Shown: positions 22,624-32,470 of the stretch, piece after piece
How positions within the stretch are numbered: the first letter of the stretch is position 1
Layout of the letters: each line of letters starts with the position of its first letter
DNA from: a virus
Virus record (IMG/VR): IMGVR_UViG_3300009068_000028
Span: 27,680-91,679 of that record
DNA length: 64,000 nt
Strand: one strand, 5' to 3'
Made by a program: the position numbers and the translations under genes
The notes under the pieces: generated by a model
The model's input: only the letters and a program-made list of their open reading frames with translations
Database searches by the model: none
Told to the model about the DNA's origin: nothing

Positions 22624-23634
22624 ATGGGTAAAATTTTAATATTAACAGATGCATGGTCACCTCAAACAAATGGGGTAGTCACGACATTAAAAAATCTAGT
22701 AAAAGAGCTTGAAAAAAAGTATGATGTACATGTAATACATCCAGGACTATTTAAAAGCGTTACTCTTTCTTTTTACAAAGATATATCATTGGCTATACCA
22801 ATAAGTATATTTAAGATGATCGATGATTATGATCCTGATTATATTCACATTGTCACTGAAGGTCCAATCGGTCTGGCTGGCAAAAATTATTGTCAGATAA
22901 AAAATAAAAAATACAACACCAGCTTTCACACAAATTTCCCACACATGATGAAAGATATTTTTTATGTTCCAGAAGATATTACATGGGAAACAATGAGATG
23001 GTTCCATGAGTCAAGTGAAAAAATTTTAGTTACAAACAAAAATATGAAAGACATCCTGCAGCAAAAAGATTTTAAAAACAAGATTATTCTTTGGTCTAGA
23101 GGAATAGACACAAAGAAATTCTTTTTTACAGAAAAGAAAATTAAATCTGAAAAAACAATTGTTTTATGTGTAAGCAGAGTAAGCAAAGAAAAAAACTTAA
23201 AACAGTTTTGCAAACTTTCGCTAAATGAAAAATATGAATGTGTTTTAATTGGAGATGGTCCACATTTAGAAAAACTAAGATCTAAATATCCAAAGGTAAG
23301 GTTTGTTGGTAAGGTAGAAAATAGTAAACTAAGATCTTGGTATGCTTCAGCAGACGTATTCTTTTTCCCAAGTCTATTTGATACGTTTGGAATTGTAATG
23401 ATCGAAAGCATGGCTTGTGGAACACCTGTTGTTGCTTATGATGTTACTGGTCCAAAGACAATTGTTGAAAATAGTGTTAATGGATATTTAATAAAATCTG
23501 AAGATGATATACACAAGGCAATCGTAAAAGCTTCTAAACTAAATCGTGTAAAAGTGTCAAACTCTGTAAAAAAATACACTTGGGAAAACGTGGCAAAAAT
23601 ATTTATAGAAAACTTAACTAGGACAACAACCTGA
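22624..23634 (+). CDS. GT4 (GT-B) glycosyltransferase
   Basis: 'TDAWSPQTNGV', 'SRVSKEKN', 'DTFGIVMIESMACGTPV'. Confidence 0.9.
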   Translation: MGKILILTDAWSPQTNGVVTTLKNLVKELEKKYDVHVIHPGLFKSVTLSFYKDISLAIPISIFKMIDDYDPDYIHIVTEGPIGLAGKNYCQIKNKKYNTSFHTNFPHMMKDIFYVPEDITWETMRWFHESSEKILVTNKNMKDILQQKDFKNKIILWSRGIDTKKFFFTEKKIKSEKTIVLCVSRVSKEKNLKQFCKLSLNEKYECVLIGDGPHLEKLRSKYPKVRFVGKVENSKLRSWYASADVFFFPSLFDTFGIVMIESMACGTPVVAYDVTGPKTIVENSVNGYLIKSEDDIHKAIVKASKLNRVKVSNSVKKYTWENVAKIFIENLTRTTT

Positions 23635-23649
23635 TATAATTGTATTAAT

Positions 23650-24432
23650 ATGAAGATTGGTCTAGGGTCAAGTAGCGTTTATCCCTTAAGTTTAGAATCG
23701 GCTTTTAGGTTAAGTTCTGAGCTTGGGTTTGATGGAATTGAAATTATGGTGACAGAAGATAGGGATACTCAAGATGTTGAAACAATAAAAAGATTAATTA
23801 AAAAATACAATCATCCAGTTTTGTCTATACATGCTCCAGTCTTAATTATGACCTCAAATGTATTTGGACGAACCCCGAAAGAAAAATTAATAAGAACAGC
23901 AGAGCTTGCTAATGATCTTGGGGCAAAAACAATTGTGGTTCATCCTCCATACAAATGGCAAGTGGTTTATAAAAACACCTTTAAAAAGCTTATGGAGTCC
24001 GTAGAAGACACCTATGGCATAACTGTTGCTGTTGAAAACATGTTTGGATGGAATCTTGGTGGCAAAGAGTTCGATGTCTTTTATCCATCTTGGGACCCAA
24101 ATGCTGCAGGAATAAGATCAATAACTTTAGACTTTTCACACTCAGCATCTCAAGGAGTTAATTCGTTAGATCTTGCAAGATCTTGGGGGAGCAAGATAAA
24201 GCATGTTCATCTTTGTGATGGTCATAGTCAAAAAGATAAGTTCCACATATTTGATGAACATTTAGCACCAGGAAAAGGAACACAGTTAGTAAAAGAAACT
24301 TTAGAATATCTTAGAGATATTGGGTTTGATGGATACATTGTTGCAGAAATTAATACAAGAACAAAAACAAAGAAAAAAAGAAATAAAATTCTAAAAAACA
24401 CACTTGACTTTGCTAGAGATTATACTCTATAG
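23650..24432 (+). CDS. Sugar phosphate isomerase/epimerase (xylose isomerase-like TIM barrel)
   Basis: 'GFDGIE', 'SIHAP', 'VENM', 'TLDFSH', 'HVHLCD', 'DEHL'. Confidence 0.85.
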   Translation: MKIGLGSSSVYPLSLESAFRLSSELGFDGIEIMVTEDRDTQDVETIKRLIKKYNHPVLSIHAPVLIMTSNVFGRTPKEKLIRTAELANDLGAKTIVVHPPYKWQVVYKNTFKKLMESVEDTYGITVAVENMFGWNLGGKEFDVFYPSWDPNAAGIRSITLDFSHSASQGVNSLDLARSWGSKIKHVHLCDGHSQKDKFHIFDEHLAPGKGTQLVKETLEYLRDIGFDGYIVAEINTRTKTKKKRNKILKNTLDFARDYTL

Positions 24433-24475
24433 TTGATTATAGCAAAACCGCTTTGTTTAAAAGTAAAAATTGTAT

Positions 24476-24548
24476 GCCGCCTTAGCTCATTTGGTAGAGC
24501 AGGTCCTTTGTAACGATCAGGTGCTCGGTTCGATTCCGAGAGGTGGCT
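24476..24548 (+). tRNA. tRNA-Thr(TGT)
   Basis: Acceptor gccgcct/aggtggc, T arm ctcgg-TTCGATT-ccgag, loop ttTGTaa. Confidence 0.85.
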
Positions 24549-24591
24549 CAAAGAATCCTGATATACTTGTATAGAAGGAGGTCATAAAACT

Positions 24592-25197
24592 ATGACTAAA
24601 GCACAATATGCAATTGATGGTCGTCCAGGAAATAAATGGAAGGTAACATCATACATGGGTTGGCGTATTCACCCAGTCCACAAGGACAAAAGACACCACA
24701 ACGGTACAGATATCTGGGCTTCACAGGAGCCTTGTTGGATTGAAGCACCATACGCAGGTAAGGTAGTAGCAATTGGTAACAACCCAGCTGGATTTGGAAA
24801 CTCTGTAACTCTTATGCACAAGATCAAGGGTGAATGGTACACAACACTCTACGCTCACATGGCTGATGGATCTATCAAGGTTAAAAAGGGTCAGAAGGTT
24901 GAAGCAGGACACCCTCTTGGTAAAATGGGTTCAACTGGTATGTCAACTGGTAAGCACCTTCACTGGGAGCTTCACAAAGGAAAGCAGCACATCTGGAGTG
25001 CTACTGGACAGGGATACATTGAGCCTGTCAAATTCTTTACACGTCTTATTGAGTGGGAAAAGTCTATTGCTACCGCTCCAGTAGAAGCAAAGCCAGAAGA
25101 CCCAGTACTTCCTACACCAACTCACGACGAAGCTGGAGCAACAACTGCAGAAGCAAGTTTAACTGCACCAGTTAAGCCAGTAGTTAAGAAACCATAA
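24592..25197 (+). CDS. M23 family peptidase (endolysin candidate)
   Basis: 'HNGTD', 'YAHM', 'STGKHLHWE'. Confidence 0.88.
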   Translation: MTKAQYAIDGRPGNKWKVTSYMGWRIHPVHKDKRHHNGTDIWASQEPCWIEAPYAGKVVAIGNNPAGFGNSVTLMHKIKGEWYTTLYAHMADGSIKVKKGQKVEAGHPLGKMGSTGMSTGKHLHWELHKGKQHIWSATGQGYIEPVKFFTRLIEWEKSIATAPVEAKPEDPVLPTPTHDEAGATTAEASLTAPVKPVVKKP

Positions 25198-25218
25198 GCA
25201 AGCAAGTAAGTAAGTTAA

Positions 25219-25401
25219 ATGGCTTTATATGATTACACTTGTTCTAAGTGCGGTCTAGAAAAAGTTATCACGAGACCCATCAGTGAAAATGAACCCACTG
25301 GTGGGTATTCGTGTAGCACTTGCAATTCTGTACTAACTAGGGTATACTCTAATATAGGAGTTGCTTTTAAAGGTAGCGGATTTTATTCCACTGATAAATA
25401 G
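25219..25401 (+). CDS. FmdB-family zinc ribbon protein
   Basis: 'YDYTCSKCG...CSTC...FKGSGFYSTD'. Confidence 0.85.
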   Translation: MALYDYTCSKCGLEKVITRPISENEPTGGYSCSTCNSVLTRVYSNIGVAFKGSGFYSTDK

Positions 25402-25409
25402 GAGACACA

Positions 25410-26723
25410 TTGATAGAATTAGAAACCAAACAGTGGACACTCACTGCAAATGACCGATGCGATGCTTGCCTATCACAGGCGTATGTACACGTCAAGGGCG
25501 TTGCAGGAGAGTTGTTCTTATGTGGACATCACTACAACAAAGCAGACAAAGTAAAGCTTGAAGACTTTGCCTTTGAAATTATTGACGAACGTGAACAACT
25601 TATTAAAAATCAATTGAAGGGCAATGGCTAATGGAAGAAAATATAACTAGGCTTGACGAGTTAATTCTTGAAGGCGGAATAGAGGTTGCAAGTCTTTCTG
25701 AGTCTGGTGAATTTTTGTATAAGTTTACAGACAAGCTAAAGGATATCGATCCACAAATTTATAACAATGTTATTCAGATGATGTATAAAGAGATTATTTT
25801 TCTTTGGGAAAACGGATTTATTTCTATGGATATTACTGCAGCTAATCCTCTGATAACCTTAACAGACAAGGCATCTGATTCCGAAGCAATTGATGGACTA
25901 TCTGAATCTGCACGAATAAATCTTTTTGCAGTAATTCGATCAATTGTAGAACAGTCGTAGTATAATTAATTAGGTGCTATGTTAGAATATTCTCTAGGTT
26001 CAATAATTACTGCAGCCACTATGTTTTTTACATATAGATGGTTGCAAAAAAGCGGTATCTCAGTAAGGTCAGTAAAAATTATTAACACTCAAAGTCGTAC
26101 TAACGAACTAATTAAACAAACCTTTATGCCAAATCAATCATTTCCGCCAGCAAAAAGTCAATCAACAAAACACTTTGACAGCAGAAGTCTTCGCATACTT
26201 ATAGTAGATAGCCAGGCTTATTGGATTACTAACAATACTGTTTTTACAGCAGATGTTATAGACGGAGAAGTTGAAAAAGAAACAGCCAGACAGGTTGACA
26301 CAATGACTATGGATAAGGTACAATTAAAGAAGATGATATTTATTGTTGAAAAACTAAAAGAAGGATTGTAAAATGAAGGTCGGTATCCAAGGAACTAAAA
26401 CCTTTGATGATTACAACGTATTTCTACGTGCAATGCGTGTTGCTCTTTCAGAGATTAAGGAAGGCGATGAAGAATTTTTTATTTACACTTCTGGACCTAC
26501 AAGAGTTAATGCGTTTGCAATGGAATTTATCAATATAACAGAGCGTAGCCTAAAGGCTCAGGGTATTCGTACAAGAGTATTTAAGCTGCCACCAAAGGTA
26601 CTAAAGGATTCTATGCATACTCTAGACTACTTTGCATTTTTTAGTAAGCCAAAAGAATCAACCTCTGATCTTGTGCGTGAGGCAGAGGATAAAGATATTG
26701 AAGTTGGGATCTTTAGATACTAA
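25410..26723 (+). CDS. Four hypothetical proteins (25410-25631, 25631-25960, 25979-26371, 26373-26723)
   Basis: Tightly packed ORFs; the first has 'DRCDAC...LFLCGHH', which I recall from actinobacterial small proteins. Confidence 0.6.
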
Positions 26724-27103
26724 TGGAGTATGACCTGAGTAACAAAGAAAAAGCTTACCTATCTGTTGCACGATACTTTGCTTCGAAGTCGAAGTCTCGT
26801 AGAATGCACGGAGCGGTAGTAGTAAAGTCTGGACGAGTAATTGGTACAGGCTATAATAAGAATCGTAATAATCCTTATTATGTTTCACCTGAGCACATCA
26901 AAACGCACTGTTCTGTTCACGCAGAAGTTGATGCAATCAGAGATGCAAACTGGAATGTCAAAGGTGCAGTTATCTATGTAGCTAGAATAAATAGCAATGG
27001 TATAGATAGAGATAGCAAACCTTGCATTCGATGCCAATCAGTAATTGATGCGGCAGAAATCAAAAAAGTAATATACACAATAGGAGAAGATAATGAAGAT
27101 TAA
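26723..27103 (+). CDS. dCMP/cytidine deaminase family protein
   Basis: 'HAE' and 'PCIRC' zinc motifs. Confidence 0.85.
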   Translation: MEYDLSNKEKAYLSVARYFASKSKSRRMHGAVVVKSGRVIGTGYNKNRNNPYYVSPEHIKTHCSVHAEVDAIRDANWNVKGAVIYVARINSNGIDRDSKPCIRCQSVIDAAEIKKVIYTIGEDNED

Positions 27104-27314
27104 CTCTCTAGAACAAATGGAGACCATTGTAGAAAACAATAAGTCTCTTCTCTGGGATGGTTGGAATGTAAAAGAAATTACGCCATCACCAACTGGATGG
27201 ACAAAGCCAAGCGGCATGTTCCGTAATAACGAGTGGTTCATTCAGAAACACTACAATCTTAGATATGATGGTTGGGATATCCCCAATAAGTTTGTGGGGA
27301 ATGATGCAAAGTGA
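27093..27314 (+). CDS. Hypothetical protein
   Basis: 73 aa ORF with RBS. Confidence 0.55.
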   Translation: MKINSLEQMETIVENNKSLLWDGWNVKEITPSPTGWTKPSGMFRNNEWFIQKHYNLRYDGWDIPNKFVGNDAK

Positions 27315-27588
27315 AGAATGGAAAAAACAAGCACGATGCGAAGGTTACGACACAAACCTATTCTTCGACAAATATGAAGAAGATCTTGACCTCAGAGTGG
27401 GGATAGACAATCTTTGTGCAGGGTGTCCTGTTGCAAGACTATGTTTTGCTACTGGAGTTTCTCAAAAAGCTTGGGGAGTCTGGGGTGGGGTATATCTTGA
27501 AAACGGAAAGATCTCACGAGAATTCAATAAACACAGGTCAAAGGCTGATTGGGCTGAGACCTGGCAATCTTTAGTAACGGATAGATAA
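27301..27588 (+). CDS. whiB: WhiB-family Fe-S transcription factor
   Basis: 'W...A.C...FF', 'CAGCPVARLC', 'GVWGG'. Confidence 0.88.
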   Translation: MMQSEEWKKQARCEGYDTNLFFDKYEEDLDLRVGIDNLCAGCPVARLCFATGVSQKAWGVWGGVYLENGKISREFNKHRSKADWAETWQSLVTDR

Positions 27589-27590
27589 TT

Positions 27591-27815
27591 ATGGAACTAT
27601 GGTCTTGGGTACTTGCGGCAATTGGCGTATCAGGAATTTATTTTGTTGGCAGAAAAACTGTTTGGGGTTGGCTAATCCTATTGTTTAATGAAATAATTTG
27701 GATTGCTTACGCAATAATTACTGAGCAATATGGCTTTATTGTTTCTGCTGTAGCATATGCAGTAGTATATATTAGATCATATTTGCACTGGAAGGAGGAT
27801 TCGAATGTACACTGA
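27591..27815 (+). CDS. PnuC-like small membrane protein
   Basis: Three TM helices, 'WGW...W..YA...QYGF'. Confidence 0.55.
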   Translation: MELWSWVLAAIGVSGIYFVGRKTVWGWLILLFNEIIWIAYAIITEQYGFIVSAVAYAVVYIRSYLHWKEDSNVH

Positions 27816-28460
27816 TGCAATGAAACGTGCTGTTCACTCAATTACTGCACCAAAAGGATTTGGTCTAGATATCGTTGAGCATAATACTGAAGGCATTACC
27901 TGGATTGAGCTGGTAGCAGATGAAATTAACTTTATGAAACTACTTGACAGAGACAAGCGTATTGCTGTAGAATATATGGTAAGGGTAAAAAAAGCACTAG
28001 AAGACAACGGTGCAATAGTACAACTAACACGAAAGGCAGTGCCACAGTGATTGAAGCAATTACAATTGGAATATTTTCAGTAGTAATCATAGTGCTAACT
28101 GGGATGCTTGTTAGAGAAAAACTTTTTACAAAAAACTTAGCAAATGAATTACTACAAGTAATGGTTGACAATAGAACATTATTAACAAAAATAGAACATA
28201 GATCTACTGAAAAAGATATTGAGCAAACTGAAGGGTTTGTAAGATTTCTATCGGAATCACGAAACTGGGCATTTGAGTATATTGAAACTGTTCAGAGTGG
28301 TTTAAATAGTTTTGTCGAACAAGCAGGTCCACGACTTGAATACTTCGACAAATATGGCAGGGTAACGGCAAGTCCACATACAGAAGGGCTAGAAGATATT
28401 CTGGCTGCATATCGTGAACTACAAAAACTGTTACCTGAAGAAAACAACAAGGAGAAATAA
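27805..28460 (+). CDS. Two hypothetical proteins (27805-28050, 28047-28460)
   Basis: Coupled ORFs; the second has an N-terminal TM helix. Confidence 0.55.
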
Positions 28461-28687
28461 TGAATAAGCAAATGATCGCAATGCTTGCATCGTATGGACG
28501 TAGCCTTTTGGCTGCTGGGCTTGCACTATATGCTGCAGGAGTAACAGAGCCAATGCAGCTTGCAAACGCACTATGGGCTGCACTACTTCCAGTAGTGATT
28601 CGCTACGTTAATCCAAATGATCCAGGTTTTGGTCGTGTACCAACACCAGAAGAAGTTGATGCTGCAGTTAAGACTGAACAGAACTAA
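28460..28687 (+). CDS. Putative holin
   Basis: Two TM helices, 'SYGRS...RYVNPNDPGFG'. Confidence 0.6.
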   Translation: MNKQMIAMLASYGRSLLAAGLALYAAGVTEPMQLANALWAALLPVVIRYVNPNDPGFGRVPTPEEVDAAVKTEQN

Positions 28688-28701
28688 TCTAGCACTAGAA
28701 G

Positions 28702-28728
28702 GTGGGCTATTTCGGTAGCCCACTTTTT
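28702..28728 (+). terminator. Intrinsic terminator between convergent operons
   Basis: gtgggctat-ttcg-gtagcccac followed by TTTTT; near-copy of the 20647 terminator. Confidence 0.8.
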
Positions 28729-29761
28729 ATTGCCCTAAAATATTTAAGTATCTAGACTTTAATACACTTGGTGAAAAAGAGTTATAGCCAATATTAAATG
28801 CACGTTGCTTTTCAATATTTTTGTCAGACATTGCTACATAGTAGTCAATATTTTCTGCAAGCTTTTGTGCATTAACATCATAACAAATAACAGGAGTAGC
28901 CAGTCTGATTACTCCAAGTTCTTCAGAAACAGTCAGCCATTCTTTTGGAAGAATCAAGTTGTTTGGAGAAACGTCTGTCATAAAAACTGGTAAACCACTA
29001 AGCAAGGCTTCATTCATAGGCAAGCACAAGCCAGCATATCTTCTAGGTAGAATCATACCATCAAAGCCAGTGTACATATCTTGTCTATGTTTTACATTAT
29101 CAATCTCAACAGTGATGCGTGAGTCTAATCTTTTAGTGTTGATTGGTGTTTGACTCTTGACTACTAACTCAAAATCTGCCTTAGAGTGTCGCATCATTTC
29201 AAAAATACTCTCTGTTCCATTACGATCATTTGCAGCAGCCTTACCAGCAATGTGTAGCATACGCTTATGATCTTTAGACATATTTGTTTCTAGTGCTTTT
29301 TCAAATAACTCTGGTCTTGTTGGTGGAGGAATGTGATATACCTTGGCTTGGTTAAAAAATCTTTTATTAACTTTTTCAATCATCCAGGGACTTGGCGATA
29401 TAAGAACATCTGCAAGAGATCTTTTATCTGCTTTTAAATTTCCAAATAGCTCGTAATTATATTGAAGATATGTTCTGACACCTTTTGACCTTGCAAGTGT
29501 GGGAGTATTGTCATTATAAAATGTCTCACAACTTAACAAAGCATCAAGGTCTTTTAAAAAATTATTCATTTCTTCATCCGTTGGAAAACCTTTACAGATA
29601 ATATAGTCACGTTCTGCATACCACTCAAAGTGCTGTTGATTACCGTTATAAGATGTAAAATCAATAATCATAATCTTGTATGGATTTAACATTTGTGTTA
29701 GCTCATATGTCTGATTGCCAAGACCAGTATTGTCTGCTCTTACAATTATTCCTAATTTCAT
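28727..29761 (-). CDS. GT-B glycosyltransferase
   Basis: 'DNTGLG', 'PRRYAGLCLPMNEALLSGLPV'. Confidence 0.75.
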   Translation of the reverse strand: MKLGIIVRADNTGLGNQTYELTQMLNPYKIMIIDFTSYNGNQQHFEWYAERDYIICKGFPTDEEMNNFLKDLDALLSCETFYNDNTPTLARSKGVRTYLQYNYELFGNLKADKRSLADVLISPSPWMIEKVNKRFFNQAKVYHIPPPTRPELFEKALETNMSKDHKRMLHIAGKAAANDRNGTESIFEMMRHSKADFELVVKSQTPINTKRLDSRITVEIDNVKHRQDMYTGFDGMILPRRYAGLCLPMNEALLSGLPVFMTDVSPNNLILPKEWLTVSEELGVIRLATPVICYDVNAQKLAENIDYYVAMSDKNIEKQRAFNIGYNSFSPSVLKSRYLNILGQ

Positions 29762-30519
29762 GCCTCTGTAAGTCCCCAAGCTTCATCATCATCAGTAAAC
29801 TTTTTTAAATGTCTGCGTCCATCTAAATTGTTTACAACTCTAATGTCATCTTTGTTTTGTGGATTGTACAACCACAGCCTGTGCTCCATCCAACCTGTAT
29901 CACTATCCTTGCAATCTGATAAAAGTTTTCCATAATACTTATCTTCAATAAAAAGTTTGGGGGTAGTATTAGGTAGCACCATATTTCGATAATACCAGAC
30001 GTGAGAGAAATGCGGTTGCTGACTCCACTGGTAGCATTTGAGAAAGTCTCCTTCTTGCTCTTTCATAAGATACATATGGTCTGGCTCAACTACTTTATTA
30101 AATGTATAAAATCTAACTGTGTATGCTTTTTCAGAATCAAGCATATCCATTATTTCTTGCCAGTTAATATTTAAGTTATCTTGTAAAGCAATATCACCTT
30201 CAATGTAAAACATTATTGATGTTTTAATAAGATCAATTGTTTTTTGCATCATTGTTGATTGATGGCTATGTTCATCAAAAATAATTGGTAAAACATTATG
30301 CCATTCATGTAGACACTTCCAAAGAATTCTATTTTTATATTCGTCATACATTTCTTTACGATGATTCTGTTCTCCCCTAAGACCATCAACTTGTAGAATA
30401 ATTTCATTGTCTGGAAAGTATTGTCTTACACTTCTAATTACTTCATCAATAATTTCGGTACTAGGGTGTAGTGGACTAACTGATGTTGGAATAACTATAG
30501 TTACGTCTTTAATATGCAT
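29758..30519 (-). CDS. GT-A (GT2-like) glycosyltransferase
   Basis: 'VTIVIPT', 'ILQVDG', 'YIEGD'. Confidence 0.6.
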   Translation of the reverse strand: MHIKDVTIVIPTSVSPLHPSTEIIDEVIRSVRQYFPDNEIILQVDGLRGEQNHRKEMYDEYKNRILWKCLHEWHNVLPIIFDEHSHQSTMMQKTIDLIKTSIMFYIEGDIALQDNLNINWQEIMDMLDSEKAYTVRFYTFNKVVEPDHMYLMKEQEGDFLKCYQWSQQPHFSHVWYYRNMVLPNTTPKLFIEDKYYGKLLSDCKDSDTGWMEHRLWLYNPQNKDDIRVVNNLDGRRHLKKFTDDDEAWGLTEA

Positions 30520-31387
30520 TTATTTGCTCCATAATCTTATATGCAAAATCCCTCTTCTGCTTAATCCACCAAGAGACTGCCCTGTGCATATTTGCTGGAT
30601 AGTCTTCTAACAATTGTTGGACTAACACTCGAAGTTTATTCCAATCACTTATCTGACTTACTGGCATATCCGTAAACAATGTTTCCCAAAAACCGTAGGC
30701 TTCTCCAACACTACTTATCTTGTCAGCAATCGGTAGAGCCAACATTTCTAATCCTTCGTAAAATCTAAAAGAATCAATTGTAGCGTTGCCAGCAGGGGCA
30801 GGAGCAAACCTAGCAGAAGCCAATAGATTGTAGTAGTCTTTTGGTGTCTCACCCTGTGTAAAGCCTTCTGTAAACTTATAGACTGTGTTTGAAAGTTTCT
30901 TTAGGGCTTGTGCAAGCTCTTTCCTACGTGGGTGAGTTATCTGACCAGCAAAGTAAATATCTGTTGTTTTTGTTGGATAATCTGGAATAACATTGTTTTT
31001 GTGGTTTGGAGTTCCAAGCGGCAACTTGTTGTATGACGAATGACGAGGGTAGGGAGATTGAATCCAAATTTCAACATTAGGGTGAGAGATCTTTTCAACA
31101 CCAAACACACCAAGCTCGTCTGCTGTAACAAACAACACAAGCCTTCTAATGTTAGATAAACTTTTATTTAAAGTTTCTTCGAGACCAGTCCACTCAAAAC
31201 CAGGAATAACAACAAATGCTCTGTCTGTTTTTGGTAGTTTGTTTACTTTAACAACATCAACACGGTTTCTTGTAAAGGCTTCTTGCAAAAATCCAAAGTC
31301 CCACTTATCATCTGGAAATCCTTTTCCTTTTGGAGTAAAAGAATAAGCTATCAATTTATTCCAAGTTCCTTTAAGATTGTTGCCCAT
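30509..31387 (-). CDS. Exostosin/GT47-like glycosyltransferase
   Basis: 'YFAGQ...RR', 'ARFAPAPAG...SFRFYEGLE'. Confidence 0.65.
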   Translation of the reverse strand: MGNNLKGTWNKLIAYSFTPKGKGFPDDKWDFGFLQEAFTRNRVDVVKVNKLPKTDRAFVVIPGFEWTGLEETLNKSLSNIRRLVLFVTADELGVFGVEKISHPNVEIWIQSPYPRHSSYNKLPLGTPNHKNNVIPDYPTKTTDIYFAGQITHPRRKELAQALKKLSNTVYKFTEGFTQGETPKDYYNLLASARFAPAPAGNATIDSFRFYEGLEMLALPIADKISSVGEAYGFWETLFTDMPVSQISDWNKLRVLVQQLLEDYPANMHRAVSWWIKQKRDFAYKIMEQINAY

Positions 31388-32307
31388 CTATGCTTGTATG
31401 TGTGTTCATTCTTTGCACGTTCGTGTCCAGCAAACCTAATTGCTTCTCGTTCTTCGTTGTGTTCAATATAATAATCAATTTTTTCTTTTAAATCCCTAAT
31501 GTTTCCGTGTTCATAGAACACAATCTCTTTCTTGTTTTCAAAAAAAGTATCAAGCCCTAGAATGTTTGGGTAGATTGTAAATCCTGCACGACCAGTAGAC
31601 TCAAACAATCTGTCCGAAGAGTAGTAAGGATAGTTAAAGTTAATGTTGAGCGTATCTCCAATTGCAATTTTACTACGAGCATAGATACGATTTAAATCGT
31701 TACCCCTTACAACACCTGTATCTCCATCTCCACCAACGTGAAGAAATCTTTTGCCATAAAGTTCTCTTAAAGCAGTTACAAGTCTTGGGCGGTATGGGTA
31801 TTCAGGATGATAGTTCTTGCTACCAACAAAGATAACATCATAATCAAACGTGCCGTTATAGTCTGGGTGAACATAACACTCAGGACCGAAGACTCCAGCA
31901 GGAAGGAAGTGACCTTTAACCTTAGTATTCTCGTTAAACCAATCAGCCATTAATTTATCAGTGGCAAAGAAGTGACCGATGTTTTTATAGAAAGGATCAT
32001 TCTCAAGATCGTGCTGACGCTTAAGACCAAACCATAGGTCTAAGTGATAGGTCATAGTTGGTACATTAGAATCTTTAAGTTCCTGAAGAATATCTATTCT
32101 TTCTTGACCAGGCGTATTCCATCCGTGAGTATGAACCCAAACAAAAAGGTCTGAGGTAACCGCCTCACGAAGAACCTTCCCAATGGTTGTTCCTCGTCCT
32201 TCTTGAAACTTAACTACGGTATGACCTAATGCTTCTAAAGATTTTGCGTGATGATTCTCACTGCTAAAATCTACCTGGAAGTTTCCAAGAAATGTAATCT
32301 TTGCCAA
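31351..32307 (-). CDS. CgeB/YkvP-like glycosyltransferase
   Basis: 'DVIFVGS', 'SKIAI', 'SDRLFE', 'EHTYKHR'. Confidence 0.75.
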   Translation of the reverse strand: MAKITFLGNFQVDFSSENHHAKSLEALGHTVVKFQEGRGTTIGKVLREAVTSDLFVWVHTHGWNTPGQERIDILQELKDSNVPTMTYHLDLWFGLKRQHDLENDPFYKNIGHFFATDKLMADWFNENTKVKGHFLPAGVFGPECYVHPDYNGTFDYDVIFVGSKNYHPEYPYRPRLVTALRELYGKRFLHVGGDGDTGVVRGNDLNRIYARSKIAIGDTLNINFNYPYYSSDRLFESTGRAGFTIYPNILGLDTFFENKKEIVFYEHGNIRDLKEKIDYYIEHNEEREAIRFAGHERAKNEHTYKHRWATILKELGIN

Positions 32308-32360
32308 AATAACCTCTTCTGTTATGTTTCTATTTTATCATATTGTGTTGTATACTATAA

Positions 32361-32454
32361 GTGTCCCTCACACTATCTTAGGATGGATTAGTTACCCAAA
32401 TGATAAGACCGTGGCTAACTGCAGCGGATTTCGGTGTGAGGGACTCTATTTTTT
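32361..32454 (+). ncRNA. Candidate structured small RNA
   Basis: TATACT -10 just upstream, 11-bp closing stem gtccctcacac/gtgtgagggac, then a T-tract. Confidence 0.55.
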
Positions 32455-32470
32455 ATGGTATAATATTTGT

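Noticed and set aside
32324-32470. N-terminal extension of the 424-aa ORF
   Set aside because: It overlaps a promoter, the candidate sRNA and a T-tract; the better start is the ATG at 32471
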